Below are positions 48,946 through 62,209 of a stretch of 64,000 bases of DNA, piece by piece. Source of the stretch: Mytilus californianus. Its lineage: Eukaryota. The stretch lies in NCBI RefSeq assembly GCF_021869535.1, contig NW_026262723.1, positions 67,208,001 to 67,272,000 on the forward strand. Direction: 5' to 3'. The translations under genes were made by a program, and so were the position numbers. Positions within the stretch are counted from its first letter, which is position 1; every line of letters begins with the position of its first letter. Below the pieces are notes generated by a model that had not been told where the DNA came from, searched no databases, and was given only the letters and a program-made list of their open reading frames with translations.

Positions 48946-50351
48946 AAGGCGATGTCCTTTATATGAGAGTATGTTTCAGTGGGTTTAAAAGTTTTAAGTT
49001 TAAAGACTTGTTTTTTCCCCCTTCTGTATTGTAAAGAACAATCGTATCATATGAATGACACGCTCAAATATCTGACATAGCCAACTACATACAAGATATA
49101 TATATTTTAGATAGAGTCCTCTCTTGCGGATGGGACTATTATATCGGTACTGTAAAATTACATATTTTGTTTTGTAGCAATAAAACTACGTATGGTGACA
49201 CATCTCAAAATTTTCAACAAGTTTTGTTTAATTAATTTCTATCGTTAAGATTTCTTTCTTTTCACACATGTTTTCCATGACTACATTATTTTGAACTATG
49301 GCTACACAAATGCTCCATAACCCATGCCTTTTATTATATTTTTGAAAAAATTATTTCATTCCTCGAAACAAGGTTTTTTTTTAAACTCAATGCTGAATTT
49401 TATTTTTTTCCAAATAATCAATTGAAACCAACTATTTTGTTTTGTGTTTTTTTTCAAGAAATATATCTTTTTAGAAGCAAATATTACTAAAAAAAAATCA
49501 AACAAACATAAAATGTGTGCGCTAAAACATCCATAATTGTACCTCATCACTTCTGTGACGTCATGTTAAAAATCGAAACGCTGAAATATTTCTCCAGGAA
49601 GCAATATCGTAGGAAAACTAAATTAAAAATGACAATATTTGAGAGAATCAAAATAAGGAAAATTGGATTATCACACTTAAACTGGGTGGGTTGCCCATAT
49701 TCGCCATGGACACATTTTCGCCGTTTTATGATTTTGTTCGGGAAATGTTGCGGTTTTTTTTTTTCATTACCAACCAAGATGTCTGCAGTCGTCCGGTAGC
49801 ATAGTTAAGCAGTTTCATACCGTCTTATGTGCAGTAAATAATTGTCGTGGTAAGTTTTCAAGGATACATGAGACTCGCGTTAAATTTACTTGGTTTATTC
49901 GCAAATTATCCTTGAAGTCCCCGAGTGTATAAAGATAGTTATAGTAAGTTTGATATATATACACAGATGAAAGCAGATGAACCAAGCATTTTAGCGTTGA
50001 ACACATACCTGATATGTCATACACCTTTTCAGTATAAACAAAGTTCTACATGACAAAAATAAGCCAAAACGTTTAATCATTCACAACTTTCATTTTGACG
50101 CCAATATTTACATTTGACATCACAATCATTGTAATTCCACGCACGAATACGGGAGGCCCCAGTGTGATATTCCAAAACATACGAAATTGTGCCCAATAAA
50201 CAACGTTTGAACGTTCACATGTATTTGAACGCCCGTCTTTCCTTGGTTGAAATATTATAAATATGTGTCCTCTATGAGGGTGTGGGTAAACAGCAGTAGC
50301 GGATTTGGGCGGGGGCGGAGCGGGCGTGCGCCACTCTAAAAGGAAGCAAGT

Positions 50352-50480
50352 TAACTCGTACCATTGCAAACTCGTACCACGTCAACTCGTACCACTAAAA
50401 TTCAACTCGTACCAACGTAAACTCGTACCACTGCGAAGTCGTACCATTCAGAACTCGTACCACTGCAAACTCGTACCATA
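50352..50480 (+). repeat. Array of ~8 AACTCGTACCA motifs; inverted copies at 51868-51912
   Basis: Direct reading; the motif spacing is 15-20 bp. Confidence 0.85.
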
Positions 50481-51027
50481 AAAAAATATATTCAATAGGC
50501 CCTATACGAATGTTTTATGACTTTTTAAAAAATCTTTATAAAAAAAAGTTGAAATTCTTTGAATTTTTTACCAGATTTTAATTTAAACTAAGACAAAAAT
50601 ATTAATGTTATTTCTTAATAACCATGTTAATTAATATATTAATTTCATAATTTCATAAAATGGGGCATGTTTGTGATGTTCCTCATAACCACAATGGAAG
50701 ACAATTGTATATGGTGCCACTCTATAGTTAGACCCCGACAAGAACATATAGTAAATTGAATATTTGATGTTTTGTTGAATTTTTATACAACAAATATGTT
50801 GTTGAAATTGTGGTAAATAAAGCACCAAAAAAGACACTTATTCTTTGTTATTCTGCCTACCAGTCACAATGTCATTAGACACATCAATATAAATTTCATA
50901 TATCAATTGCTTACCTTCTTTAAAGAGAGAAGCCATTCTACGGCTACAGATGATTTATGATAATGCAGAAGATTGTAATGACCTTTCGTATCAATTGTTT
51001 GTACATCTTTCCGTACCAATGAGATGA

Positions 51028-51450
51028 TTGATTGATTGATTGTTGGTTGCTTAACGTCCAGTGGCAAATATGTCATGCATATTCAGGACGAGAAGAAGTT
51101 CACAATAAATACAATAGGTAGGTTCTGTATTAGATTAAGGGATTAATGTCGGAAAAATTTAGACTGCCACGGGAAATGAGGGTATATTGGATAGGGACAG
51201 AAATTTAGCCTTGCAACAGGTCACCTGTTGACCCCTCAAAGAGTTGTTGCGAGGGCTCTTAACGTGCAAAGAGCGTGGCACTCTCTTTACACGAGGCATC
51301 GGATTTAACGTCCCCATTCTGACCGGACGTGGCTGCAAATTTGTACATCCAGCACAGCCAAACGGACGCCCCGCTTTAGCGAGGGTTTTACCGCCGGTTG
51401 GAGGAAGACCAATGGTGACCATATTTCTATTCCCCAGTCTCCCTTGGGGG
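51028..51450 (-). mobile_element. Full-length structured SINE-like copy with 12-bp TSD
   Basis: TSD CCAATGAGATGA at 51016-51027 and 51451-51462 defines the exact 5' end as CCCCCAAGGG. Confidence 0.95.
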
Positions 51451-52457
51451 CCAATGAGATGAGCGTGGTCGTATTGTTCAGCGAAGATCTGAATATTGCT
51501 TACAAATAAATTTCATACTTTCTAAATGTTGGTCATAAACAATTTTAAACCTTTTAAAACAATATAAATAAATTCTCTCATTAAATAAAATTCCTTTTAG
51601 AAACAATTATGACTACCAAAATCTATTCAATGTTACTAATTTGTAATGATTAAAAATTAAATCAAAAATCTGTCAGTTAAAGTTAAATAAATGAACTGTT
51701 CAAGGGAGACAACAAAGCTAATTTGCCACAGTTTTCTCTATCCAATTAGCCAAGGAAAAATAAGCTAAAAATTGGTCATTGTCATACTTTTTACAGACTT
51801 AGGAGGTATTGAGTGAAATTTAAATATAGATTTATCATTAAACACCATTTGAATGCATTTAAATATGTTGGTACGAGTTTACAATGGTATGAATTTACCA
51901 TGGTACGAGTTTGTTTTGCTATAAATAGCTTATGTCAACAAGTTTGATACCCGGGATATTTTGAAAAAGATCCAAAGTCATCGCATCACAGTCAATACAC
52001 AGTTATTCATGTAAGTATGGTTATTTATGTGTTGAAAAGCAATAGGCATTGCGTATTATATGCAAGGAAACATTTCTTTTAATTATGTTTACTGATTTGT
52101 CTAAATTTTGATTACAAAATAGGAAAAAGCAAGCGTCCGCATTTACACTACAGAAAATAATATGATATGCGGACACACGATATTTTGAACACATTACACG
52201 TGTAGTGGTGCAATGTCAATACCAAGATGTGGAAAATAAGCAAAATTCTCTTAGAATCTACTAGTATTAATGCGAATCCTATACATTTATATCAATAAAG
52301 TGTTGATTTGGGTTTATTTGTTTTCCTTTCATTTTTGCATATTACGAATATAATGCGTTTACCAGTCTGATTTTCACTCCAGTTGCACCCATCTTCACTA
52401 GGTCAAAAACTGAAAAACGTCTTTCTCAAAGCCGATCTATTTCTCTCTCTTTACAGA

Positions 52458-52796
52458 ATGTCTACATGTTTAGGACTTTTTGCAAGAGCAATTGGAATGA
52501 AATCAAATGTATCTAAAACCGTCGCCAAAATGAAATTGCAACAATGTCTCGTAGACGAGTGGCTATTTGACAATGATGCTGTTTGCTGTTTATTTATGAA
52601 ATTATTATGTTCATCAAAACATGTATATGTATCAACACTACTATGCGAAATTATTGAAAGTGATAAGATAAATGAATTCAGCAGCATTGTGTTTATTGCT
52701 AGAAAATTAGGTAGAAGAGGTAAAGAGTTGGAAATTCTTACTGCAGAAGAGGCAGACGAACTTATTGATATCACGGATATTCTTTTGAAGAAATGA
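52458..52796 (+). CDS. Candidate intact orphan 112-aa protein (coding second exon of a small gene)
   Basis: Donor CAT|GTAAGT at 52011; polypyrimidine acceptor TTCTCTCTCTTTACAG|A-ATG; open frame; AATAAA about 30 nt after the stop; helical, protein-like composition. Confidence 0.45.
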   Translation: MSTCLGLFARAIGMKSNVSKTVAKMKLQQCLVDEWLFDNDAVCCLFMKLLCSSKHVYVSTLLCEIIESDKINEFSSIVFIARKLGRRGKELEILTAEEADELIDITDILLKK

Positions 52797-53482
52797 TTTA
52801 ATCAAACGTTTTAAAATATGATAGAAATAAAATAACCATTACATCGGTTTAAAAGATCTCTTTAGACTTTCTGCGAGCGTCCAACAGTAATGACCTTGTG
52901 CATCCAGTCGTCTGTCTGTCTGTCCGTCTGTCTAATGAAAACAAAATCCTACAAATCGGAAAACAAACATAACTAGAAAACTGACAACGTCATGAAAGGC
53001 ACCACCGGTCATTTTCAAAAAACGAAAAATCGGAAATGCTCCACATGAAAATCGGAATGGAGCTTCCTCCATTGGTATTAAATGTTATGTGTATCCATCT
53101 AGGCACATTTAAGATAAATTGGTGAATGAATCTAAGATAGACAGACTGACGGATAAGGTGATTTTTGTCTCTTGTCTTGAAATTAAATCTATTACCGACT
53201 ATCAGTACGACTGACGAAAAGAAATCTATCGTACTTGCTGCCATTTTAATAATGTAAATTGCTTTCTATATCTGTATATACCTATCTTCTATATAAAAAT
53301 AAGGAGATGAGGTATGATTGTCAATGAGACAACTATCCGCAAAAGTTAAAATAAAGTGGATGTCAACAATTATAGGCAACCGTACAGTCTTCAACAATGA
53401 GAAAACCCATACTGTATAGTAAATAGTCGGTTCCTAAAACATTGAGCAAAATATTAAGTAAGTCTTCTGATATTTTTTTCAG

Positions 53483-53921
53483 AATTTTAAGAGCAAAAAA
53501 GAAATCACATATATTGAAATACGACCTGAAATCGCTGAAGAATGCTGTCGAGAGCGTTAAGTCTGGTCAAATGTCCGTGAGAAAGGCAGCGGAGCATTAC
53601 AACGTGCCTAAGTCAACCGTTGGGGATAGAGTGACCGGAAAAAGAAATATAGAAGTTGGCAGGGGCCGCAAACCAGCCCTGACCCTAGAATTAGACAATT
53701 CAATAGTCAAATCTGTAAAACGGGCATCACAGTTAGGAGTTGGCATATCACGCAGGCAACTTCTTGTGAGAACTGGGACATTAGTTAAAAGGCTAAAGAT
53801 CAAAACGCCTTTCAAAAACTCTATACCAGGAAAAGATTGGTGGCAGAATTTGAAAGAACGCCACAATGACCTAGTTATTAAACAGCCTGAAAAAACAGGC
53901 TCCCTTAAATTTCAAATATAA
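53483..53921 (+). pseudogene. pogo/Tigger-like transposase N-terminus (HTH psq + CENP-B-type HTH)
   Basis: YDLKSLKNAVESVKSGQMSVRKAAEHYNVPKSTVGDRVTG and PFKNSIPGKDWWQNLKERH; TTTTCAG acceptor. Confidence 0.88.
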
Positions 53922-56900
53922 AAATCTAGCCCAAAGGCGTCATATGTTAAAGGACTACCTGATTTTTAAGTGATTAGGAAATTAAACACATTGCAACGAA
54001 TGCCAATCGATTTGAAATTGACAATTATCACAAATATATCACGTATATATTTGCGTGCATGCATCTTGAAAGACAATATCACAATGGAATTTGTCAGTAC
54101 AAAAAAGTTTATGCTTCTTATATCATTTAATAATTGGCGTGGTCTGAGATATTCAATGAACTTTTTCAATCTTATTTTTCTCACCTTTCCACGTGTATTA
54201 CCAGTTCCTGTGCAAAAACCATTCTCAGACATGCTTTAAGATGCACTGAAAGGGTATTAATGAAAGGTAATACTATATATATACAAAGTAACTACGTTTT
54301 GAATAGCAAGAACAGATTGAAAATAAGTGTCCGCAATTTGACGACAAAGTGTCCGTATTTAACTCCCTCTGTCCGCATTTACACGACTGGGCATTTCCGC
54401 GGGTTTTAAGTGTTTAATTGTCCAGTCTACAAGGATTTTTTTTAGGGACAACATCAAACGATCGATGAAAGTCTTTGACACTGTGAGTTCTATTTCTTTC
54501 CGACATCGAACCTTTGAACCCCGAACTTGATACTGACCCCTTCAAAAGCACTATACAAATTGGACAATACATGTCAATTTATGATATTATCTTTATACCA
54601 AAACCAAAGTTCAAACTTTTTTTATAATTTTCTCTAGACATGCATGGAAAACGGTAACAAAGTGGTTATAATGAAAAGTATATGGGCATAATATTTTACC
54701 AGTTTTCATTGTTATGACCGGTGGTGTGTAGCATTGTTACAGAATAAAGAAATAATGACAAGGAAGAGTTGATAATCGAATCGTTAGAAAAACGGAAGGG
54801 CAATCAATGCAAACCCTAAAACAGATAAACAAGATACATTCGACACAAACGAGAAACACGAACCCCAAAAAAACTTGGACGAATTCAGACTTTCCGGAAG
54901 GTAAGCAGGTCCTGCTTCTTGCAAGGCTTGTTTACGTTGACAATAAGTAAGTACATTTTATTAGATAAACTAGACCCACAAAGTCATATACATTCAACAA
55001 CATGCAACACTGAAAACTACAAAACAAATGAGAAACACGGACTACCGCAAGACACCCGCTGCAGTTCACTTTCAGGAACAAAAGAAAGGACCCTACGCCT
55101 ACGGCAACTGTAGAAGGTCTGTTGTCATATTGATTACAGACGCACTTACCGGTCAATCAGGGGGGTATGTAGAATTAGTATATAAAAACGGTCACTGGTG
55201 ATATATAGCGGAGATCGTTATTCATGCAAAATTCAGTTTGTGAATACGGACATCTCGAAATAAGCACAAGGACAATTAATCATAGGGTAAAATATCCTTC
55301 TTTTTTTTAAAGGAGTAAATGTTCTGTTATCCAAAAATAATGCCAATCAGTAATGGATTGCAACCATTCAATCAATGACGTATATTCAGTGTTGCTTATG
55401 AGACGGTATTAAACATCATATATGCATTGTGAGTTATCTATTGGTAGCTTATATCTGTGGGAATATCTTTAGTTCTTCTGATCTCTTCAGTCTTTCATCC
55501 ACGGATTATCTTATAATTTTTTTTTCCATGAAAATCACCCATGCGCAGTCATTAGCAAACTCATTTTCGTTTTTTTTTAATATAATAAATCATTTGTAAT
55601 ATGGATTTAATCTAAAAAACTGATTTGTACAACTTTTTGTTCCGTTTTCTGTACTTGGTTGATAATTTGTTAGTAATCAAAGACAACGGCGAAAATGTGT
55701 CCCCAGTGGTGTGTGAAATACTTGATTTCGACCGACTTTTGGCTATTCTGTAGACCGAAAAAAATAATGAACGAGTGATTTTTATGAATCAGTTCTGTTT
55801 ATCGAATAGTTAACTACATGCAAGTAACATAAAAAGATACTGGCGTTATAAAATTCGTTGTCTATGGGTAAAAATGGCCGGTTTTTGCGGCGAATATGGG
55901 CCTCCCACTCTAAGATTTTCCCTGGTATTTCAGGAGTAAGATCAAGTTAATAGCGTCTTTGTTAAAGGTTGCAAAATGTGTTTGGTCACATATATAGTTT
56001 CATTTTGACTTAATTTGGAGGTCGTCGGAGGATAAGAAATCATGAATAGTGAACTTTAAATAAATAGTGAATGAATGAGTTTTTAATCTTAATTACTTTA
56101 TTCCAAGCAGTAAGTGTGTGAGCGTCCTTGTATACAAATTAATGTTATTCTAGCATGATATAGGCTACCCTTCAATATGGCCCATAAACTTAAGGAATTT
56201 GTTTACAAATATTGATCTGCTGATACATGGATGAGAGAGTAAGAATGTTATTCCTTTTATAACAAACAAAGGAACGTATGTAGAGAATTTAATGGAAAAG
56301 AATATGCACCTTTTGAAGAAACAAGGATCACAGATGGTTCACAACCATTCATACAAACAAAACTGGAACAATCTTTCATCATTTCTACTATTTGTTCAGT
56401 TTCATTTGTCATTTCTAGGTGCAGGCCCACCACCTGTTTGCTTTAAGTATTTGGTATTTTTTCAGCATACTGCTTTTTTTGCCTGTGTTTGCCATTTGGG
56501 TTTAACCTCTTTTCTGTACGGCAGTAAAATCCTAGATCATTTAATTGACAGGATATGCCATATGCAGTAGCGATTTTTCTAAGGAATCCCAGTTTGATGA
56601 CCTTTTTTTACTTTCAGCGTCTATTTGACTCTCCATTTTGATTCCATACAAAATTCGCGAAAATGTGCACGAGGACACTGTATTAGAACAAGCTAATTCT
56701 GGATTAAATAACACTTAAAATTGTTAAATGACACTTAGTTGAAAATGGCCTTAATTATGCTTTAAGCAACGGATTTTAAACTGTTTATTATAATTAATTA
56801 ATATTTAAGAAGTTATAAAGTATCTTTTTTCTTTTAAATAACGTTTAACTTAAATGACGTTTGTGCAACCCAGTCCAGGTATTTCAGTGTCCTTGTAATA

Positions 56901-57059
56901 ATTTTGAAATGGCCGCTCAAGAGGACGAAAGGATGCTGGTAGGCTGATATGCTATACGCAAATTGATTGATTATTTGTTAAATCAAAAGTTTTTCTTTAT
57001 CTATATTTATCTATAGGATAACCCATTATCGTATATGCTAACACGGTATACCATGTTAT

Positions 57060-57460
57060 CGACATTACAGCATAACCCCACTAAACCTAGCATCTATTCA
57101 ATAGGATAACACGAGTCACATCGGGTGCTATGTGGAAGAAGCCCATATGGATACATTGATTTAGAACTTTTTATCAAACTGTTCAAAGACATCTTCCTAA
57201 AATATACATCTAAAAGGCCTCAGCACAACATCTGTTTGGCAATGGATAACCATGAAAGTCGGTACAAGGCTGGACAAAAAGTTCAGCCCCTGCTTCGGAG
57301 AGCCGCATCGGCCTATGAATTTTTCTTAGCCCATAGAACTGATAAATTTGACAATAACTAGAAATGTAGAGCTATTTTGCCAACCACTCCACATATATTG
57401 TAACCACTGGATGTTGAAAGTTTCAAGCCATTAAAGAAAGAATTTCATGACCTTTCTCTT
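57060..57460 (+). pseudogene. pogo-type DDE_1 domain relic
   Basis: SPYGYIDLELFIKLFKDIFL...LAMDNHES and PHIL*PLDVESFKPLKKEF. Confidence 0.75.
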
Positions 57461-58097
57461 ATGCTAGGATATGCTAGCACAGATCTTATTATTGGATAAA
57501 GCAGCTTTGCAATTTCTGATACATTATGCATTGTTAATTATTTTAATTGTTGATTGGACCAAGTGTGTTTATTATACAAGTAATAATATATTTACTATAT
57601 GTAGTAGCAATATGAGAACCCATACAATAAGACAACAAAGGGAATGTTATCAATGTCCAGAAGACGTCAATCCTGCAACTCAGATTTTTTGGCAAACAGA
57701 GGATCGGTATTAAACTTTTCAAAATATAATTTATATAACAAGAGGATATGGATTGTGGAAAAGTTATACTACCCCTTCTCTGAAACACTTGAAAAGGACA
57801 TGATTTAACAAGTAGCAAATATGAACACAATATATTCATATTTATTATACTTCATGTCAAAATGCTAGATTTTGATTGGTTAATACGAGGGAGACAATTT
57901 ACTCTATCCCATGGCAATTACTCTATTACCCTTCACGGAGAGGCTTGCTCAAGTGTTCGCTTTAATAAATACGAATGATTGTTATGTACAAGACGACATA
58001 ATTTATGACTTTGAATTTGAAATTTAATAGACAATAATAACAGAACATTCTCGAAAAAACATTGTCAACCTTGGCTTCGCCTCAGTTGACAATGTTT

Positions 58098-58420
58098 TCT
58101 CGGGGTAACAATCTGCTCTATCACCCTCTCAGCTATCTGTTATTTATATACTAGAATATACATTCACTACACTAATAATACTAATGAAATGTCCATTAAA
58201 TGTTCATAAACACACAATCAAAGTTTAAATTAAATAAAAACGCCATGAAAGTTCAGTTATATTTTCTCGGGTAACAATCTGCGATATCACCCTCTCAGCT
58301 ATGTGTTATTTATATACTAGAATATAAATTCACTACACTAATAATACTAATGAAATGTCCATTAAATGTTCATAAACACATAATCAAAGTTTATATTAAA
58401 TTAACACGTCACGAAAGGTC
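58098..58420 (+). repeat. ~167-bp tandem duplication adjoining a small foldback element (58020-58105)
   Basis: CTCGGG(G)TAACAATCTGC...ATCACCCTCTCAGCTAT...GTCCATTAAATGTTCATAAACAC occurs twice. Confidence 0.85.
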
Positions 58421-58833
58421 TATCTTAAGTTATTTTCCCCTCCCCCATTGTTTATTATCCTCTAAAAGTCCATTAATACAAGCTGAAATGAAATTTTCCT
58501 TTCCCCACACAGTGCTTTTTTTCCGATTCACTACCTTCTATAATTGTTACTGTAGTTTCTTTATATTAGTCATTGTCTTCCCTCAAAAATTCCTTGATGG
58601 ATCTAGCTAATTCTCTAGTAGTTTTTTGGTAACTAGGTTCAATTTTCCATGTTTACATTCAGAATCGGGTATGAAATATGTGTTTTACTCATACACGCAA
58701 TGTTCCAGCTAGGATTTCAAAAGGGCAGGGTGCCAATACTGAAAAGGGCATTACATGCGAGAAATGATAATATGAAAAGGGGATGTTTTAATAAAGATAT
58801 TAATTAAGCATTGCCTTTATTCACTGAAACACG

Positions 58834-59256
58834 CCCCAAGGGTGACTGGGGAATAGAAATATGGTCACCTTTTGTCTTCCTTCGACCGGCAGCAAAACCA
58901 TCGCCAAAGTGCGGGGTCCGTTTAGAATGTCGGGATGTACTAGTACGCAGTCACATCCGTCGAATGGGGACGTTAACTGATGCCTCGTGTACAGAGAGTG
59001 CAACGCTCTCTGCACACCAAGACCCTTTGCAACAGCTCATTGAGGGTTCCGTATGTGACCTGTTGTAAGGCCAAATTTCTGTCCCATCAAATATACACTC
59101 ATTTTGGCAGTGCCAGTTTAAATTTCCCGACCTTCATCCCAGACGGCCTCTATCACAGGACCTACCTATTGTATTTATTGTTAATTTGTTCGCGTCCTGA
59201 ATATACATGAACTATTAGCCACTGGACGTTAAGCAACCAACACTCAATCAATCAAT
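58834..59256 (+). mobile_element. Structured SINE-like element, diverged full-length copy
   Basis: CCCCAAGGGTGACTGGGG start; GGACGTTAAGCAACCAACACTCAATCAATC end. Confidence 0.9.
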
Positions 59257-59535
59257 TATCAAATATTCAAATTAAAACAGCATATGTCAAAATTAAAAAT
59301 ATCTAACATTACAGACTCGCATATGATGCGCACACAGTATTGACAAGGAAGTTTTTTTTCCCTAATGTCGGATAACAAAATCAAAGTAAAATATAATCGA
59401 TCTTCAAAAGTGCGCCATGTAGAAAACACGGGTGCCATCAGGAAGGATTGCCCTTTCCACTTTTTTTCACTCTACTGTACCCATAAAGAATAATAACTAA
59501 CCCTAAAAAAATGACACTTCTTTTCCCTTATAAGA

Positions 59536-59827
59536 TTGATTGATTGATTGTTGGTTGCTTAACGTCCAGTGGCAAATAGTTCATGCATATTCAGGACGAG
59601 AACAAATTAACAATAAATACAATAGGTAGGTTCTGTAATAGGGGCTTCCGGGATTAAGGTCGCAGAAATTTAGACTGCCACGGGAAATGAGGGTATATTG
59701 AATAGGAACAGAAATTTAGCCTTGCAACAGGTCACCTACGGAGCCCTCAAAGAGTTGTTGCAAGGGTTCTTAACGTGCAAAGAGCGTGGCACTCTCTTTA
59801 CACGAGGCATCGGATTTAACGTCCCCA
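59536..59827 (-). mobile_element. 5'-truncated SINE copy with 14-bp TSD
   Basis: TSD TTTCCCTTATAAGA at 59522-59535 and 59828-59841. Confidence 0.93.
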
Positions 59828-60284
59828 TTTCCCTTATAAGAATAGTTCGTCAGAATTGTGGTATAGTGACTTTTCTTTGGAGTGCTTGGTAGTGGTGATA
59901 TGGGTTTCGGCGTTTGCAGATCTTTTAATAGGAGAGGAAACATTTGAAAATATACAATACGCCCCTTCAATGATATTGCAGGCATGTTGAATAGGGGGCA
60001 GATTTCACAATGGTTTTGAAAAATACGGGAAAACGTCATTGAAACTGAACAGTTGCTTAGAAACATGCACAGGATTTCCCCTTACTTTCTTACCATTCCC
60101 AGCTCTATCTAAAAAATCTGCCCCTATTCATCATGGCTGCAATAACCGTGACGTGGCCTATTGTAAGTTCCTAGAGAAAGTAATAGTTATAGCTAAATAC
60201 TATAGATTTCTGAACTTTCGAAAAATTGTGCATATTCATCTATATACAATAAAATGTGCGGCCTACAGTTTTATAACAATACAA

Positions 60285-60770
60285 TGAACTGTGCGACACA
60301 CATCATTTTACCAATACCATAGTCTATGCGACACCCAGCATTTTCACAATACAAAAATCTGCAATGGACACACAATTTTTCAAAACATTATCTGTGTGAT
60401 ACAAATAATGTTTGCAATAAAAAGCGGCGCAAGGTATTTTCCAACCAGAATGTTTTGTTCGTCGCATAGTACATTACATAAATAACTGATTTGTGCGAGG
60501 CACAGCTTCTTTGCAATGATCTGTGCGGTGTATATCATTTTCAAAAAACAATATGAACTGTCCTGCGAAAAGCATTTTCACAACAAAATGATTTGCGCTG
60601 CGCTCCACATATTCACAACAGAATGTATTGTGAACATAATTATCACAACAGAATAAAATATCAATGACCTATATGGTGTTCGGCATTTATTCAATCAAAT
60701 GTCCTGTTCGGCACACAGAAATTTCATAAAACAGTAACCTGTAGAGTACAGAATTTTCACAATACAATAA
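60285..60770 (+). repeat. Highly degenerate ~35-40-bp tandem repeat
   Basis: Recurrent A(A/T)CTGTGCG....CATTTTCACAA(T/C)A motif. Confidence 0.5.
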
Positions 60771-60808
60771 AAAAAAAAAAGACAATATTTGCTGTGCAAC
60801 TCGTATAA

Positions 60809-61084
60809 GGGAGCTACCATTTGATTTTTATGGGGGCTAGGATGAAATTTTTAAAAAAAGGCAGGACAGGAATTTTGAGTAAAAAAAAAGGCAGAATGAG
60901 TAACTTGGCAAAAAAAAAAAGCTGGATGACAATTTATGTAAAAAAAAGTGAGGAAAAACTAATAAAAAAAAAGGCAGGACCGAATAGAGTGAAAAATAAA
61001 AAGGTAGAACAGAGATTACAACTAAAAAAAATGCAGGACAAAATTTTTTATCCTAGCCCCCATAAAAATCAAATGGTAGCTCCC
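60809..61084. mobile_element. PIF/Harbinger-type (Tourist-like) MITE
   Basis: Perfect 35-bp TIRs GGGAGCTACCATTTGATTTTTATGGGGGCTAGGAT; TAA TSD on both sides; A-rich internal repeats. Confidence 0.92.
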
Positions 61085-61454
61085 TAATCACCAATATGAC
61101 AGTTGTTTTCCATTCGTTCCGTTGGTTGATAAAGTCTAGCGTTTGATTTTGTCAGTTTTTATGGACTTCTCCTTTTTAGATTTAACTTAGTATTTTTGTT
61201 ATTCTTTTACAAAAGAAAGATCCCGGCTTAAATAGACTTTTGATTGGATCAGATAAAAATATAAAATTTCCTGGAAAGTACAGAGGGAATTGTTATTTCA
61301 TCTTGTTGAACGAATAGAATTAAAATGAATGTTTTCATTATTTGTGTGAATCCAATTTTCTTTAAATTCTGAAATTTTAGAGACTTAAATCAGGTTGCTT
61401 GGGTTATTGAATTTTAAAACTCATTCGCTCGAGCAACTGTTAATCAAATTCAAT

Positions 61455-61615
61455 TTGCTGACAAGGTCGTAAAAAATAATAAGCGGATCAAAATTATCAA
61501 TAGGTAATGTAATGACGCCGCTTGGGAAACCGTTCAACAATATGTGGCAGTGATACGGACAACGGAAATAAAACCGTATCGAGGCTGAAAACAGAGCGTT
61601 TCGTAAGCGCAAGTT
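61455..61615 (+). pseudogene. Second DIRS/Ngaro-like ORF1 fragment
   Basis: AAWETVQQYV(A)SDTD...IEAENRAFRKRK; nucleotide similarity to 33600-33770. Confidence 0.55.
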
Positions 61616-61766
61616 TAAATCAAATGAGAAAGACACAAAGAAAGCTGCACCTTTACTCCGACATACCAGGCACAAGCAGCCTATTAATCATTCAGCCATC
61701 TTCCAAAATGGTAGACGATGGAGGGTTCCGAGATGATGGTGGAAAAGATGACTGAAAATAGTCATG

Positions 61767-62190
61767 TTAGGTTTGACACTCGAGAATGTTTTGAATGACT
61801 TCAACAGGAGATTTCTTGAAACATTCAATTGGTTGCTGATATGAGAGGACTGCATAGCTATTATTATCTTCAGAATTGGTAGCATTATTATTTTCAGACA
61901 CAGAGGCAAGTTGATGTTTTTTACATACCAAATTCTGTAGTTTACCCGACAGTTTGCGGTGATCATTTTCTGAAGTCCTCTGAATGTACGTATCAAGACA
62001 CTTGACATTCATGTGCCCTGTAATGATAAACAGCCGGTCAATGCCAACCCCTTCAATAGTTTCTACTGTGGCCTTAATACAATGATTTCTATATCTTTTT
62101 TAATAATTCAGCTTCGTTGGATATACGTGCCATCACACCGGAGATTTTGTTTTATCCATTAACTGCTGCGTTCCAGCAGTTTTCTTTATT
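61767..62190 (-). pseudogene. Second Crypton-type YR relic (further piece at 63170-63280)
   Basis: ITGHMNVKCLDTYIQRTSENDHRKLSGKLQ; nucleotide homology to 36170-36560. Confidence 0.65.
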
Positions 62191-62209
62191 TTTTTTTATT
62201 ATTGTATAA

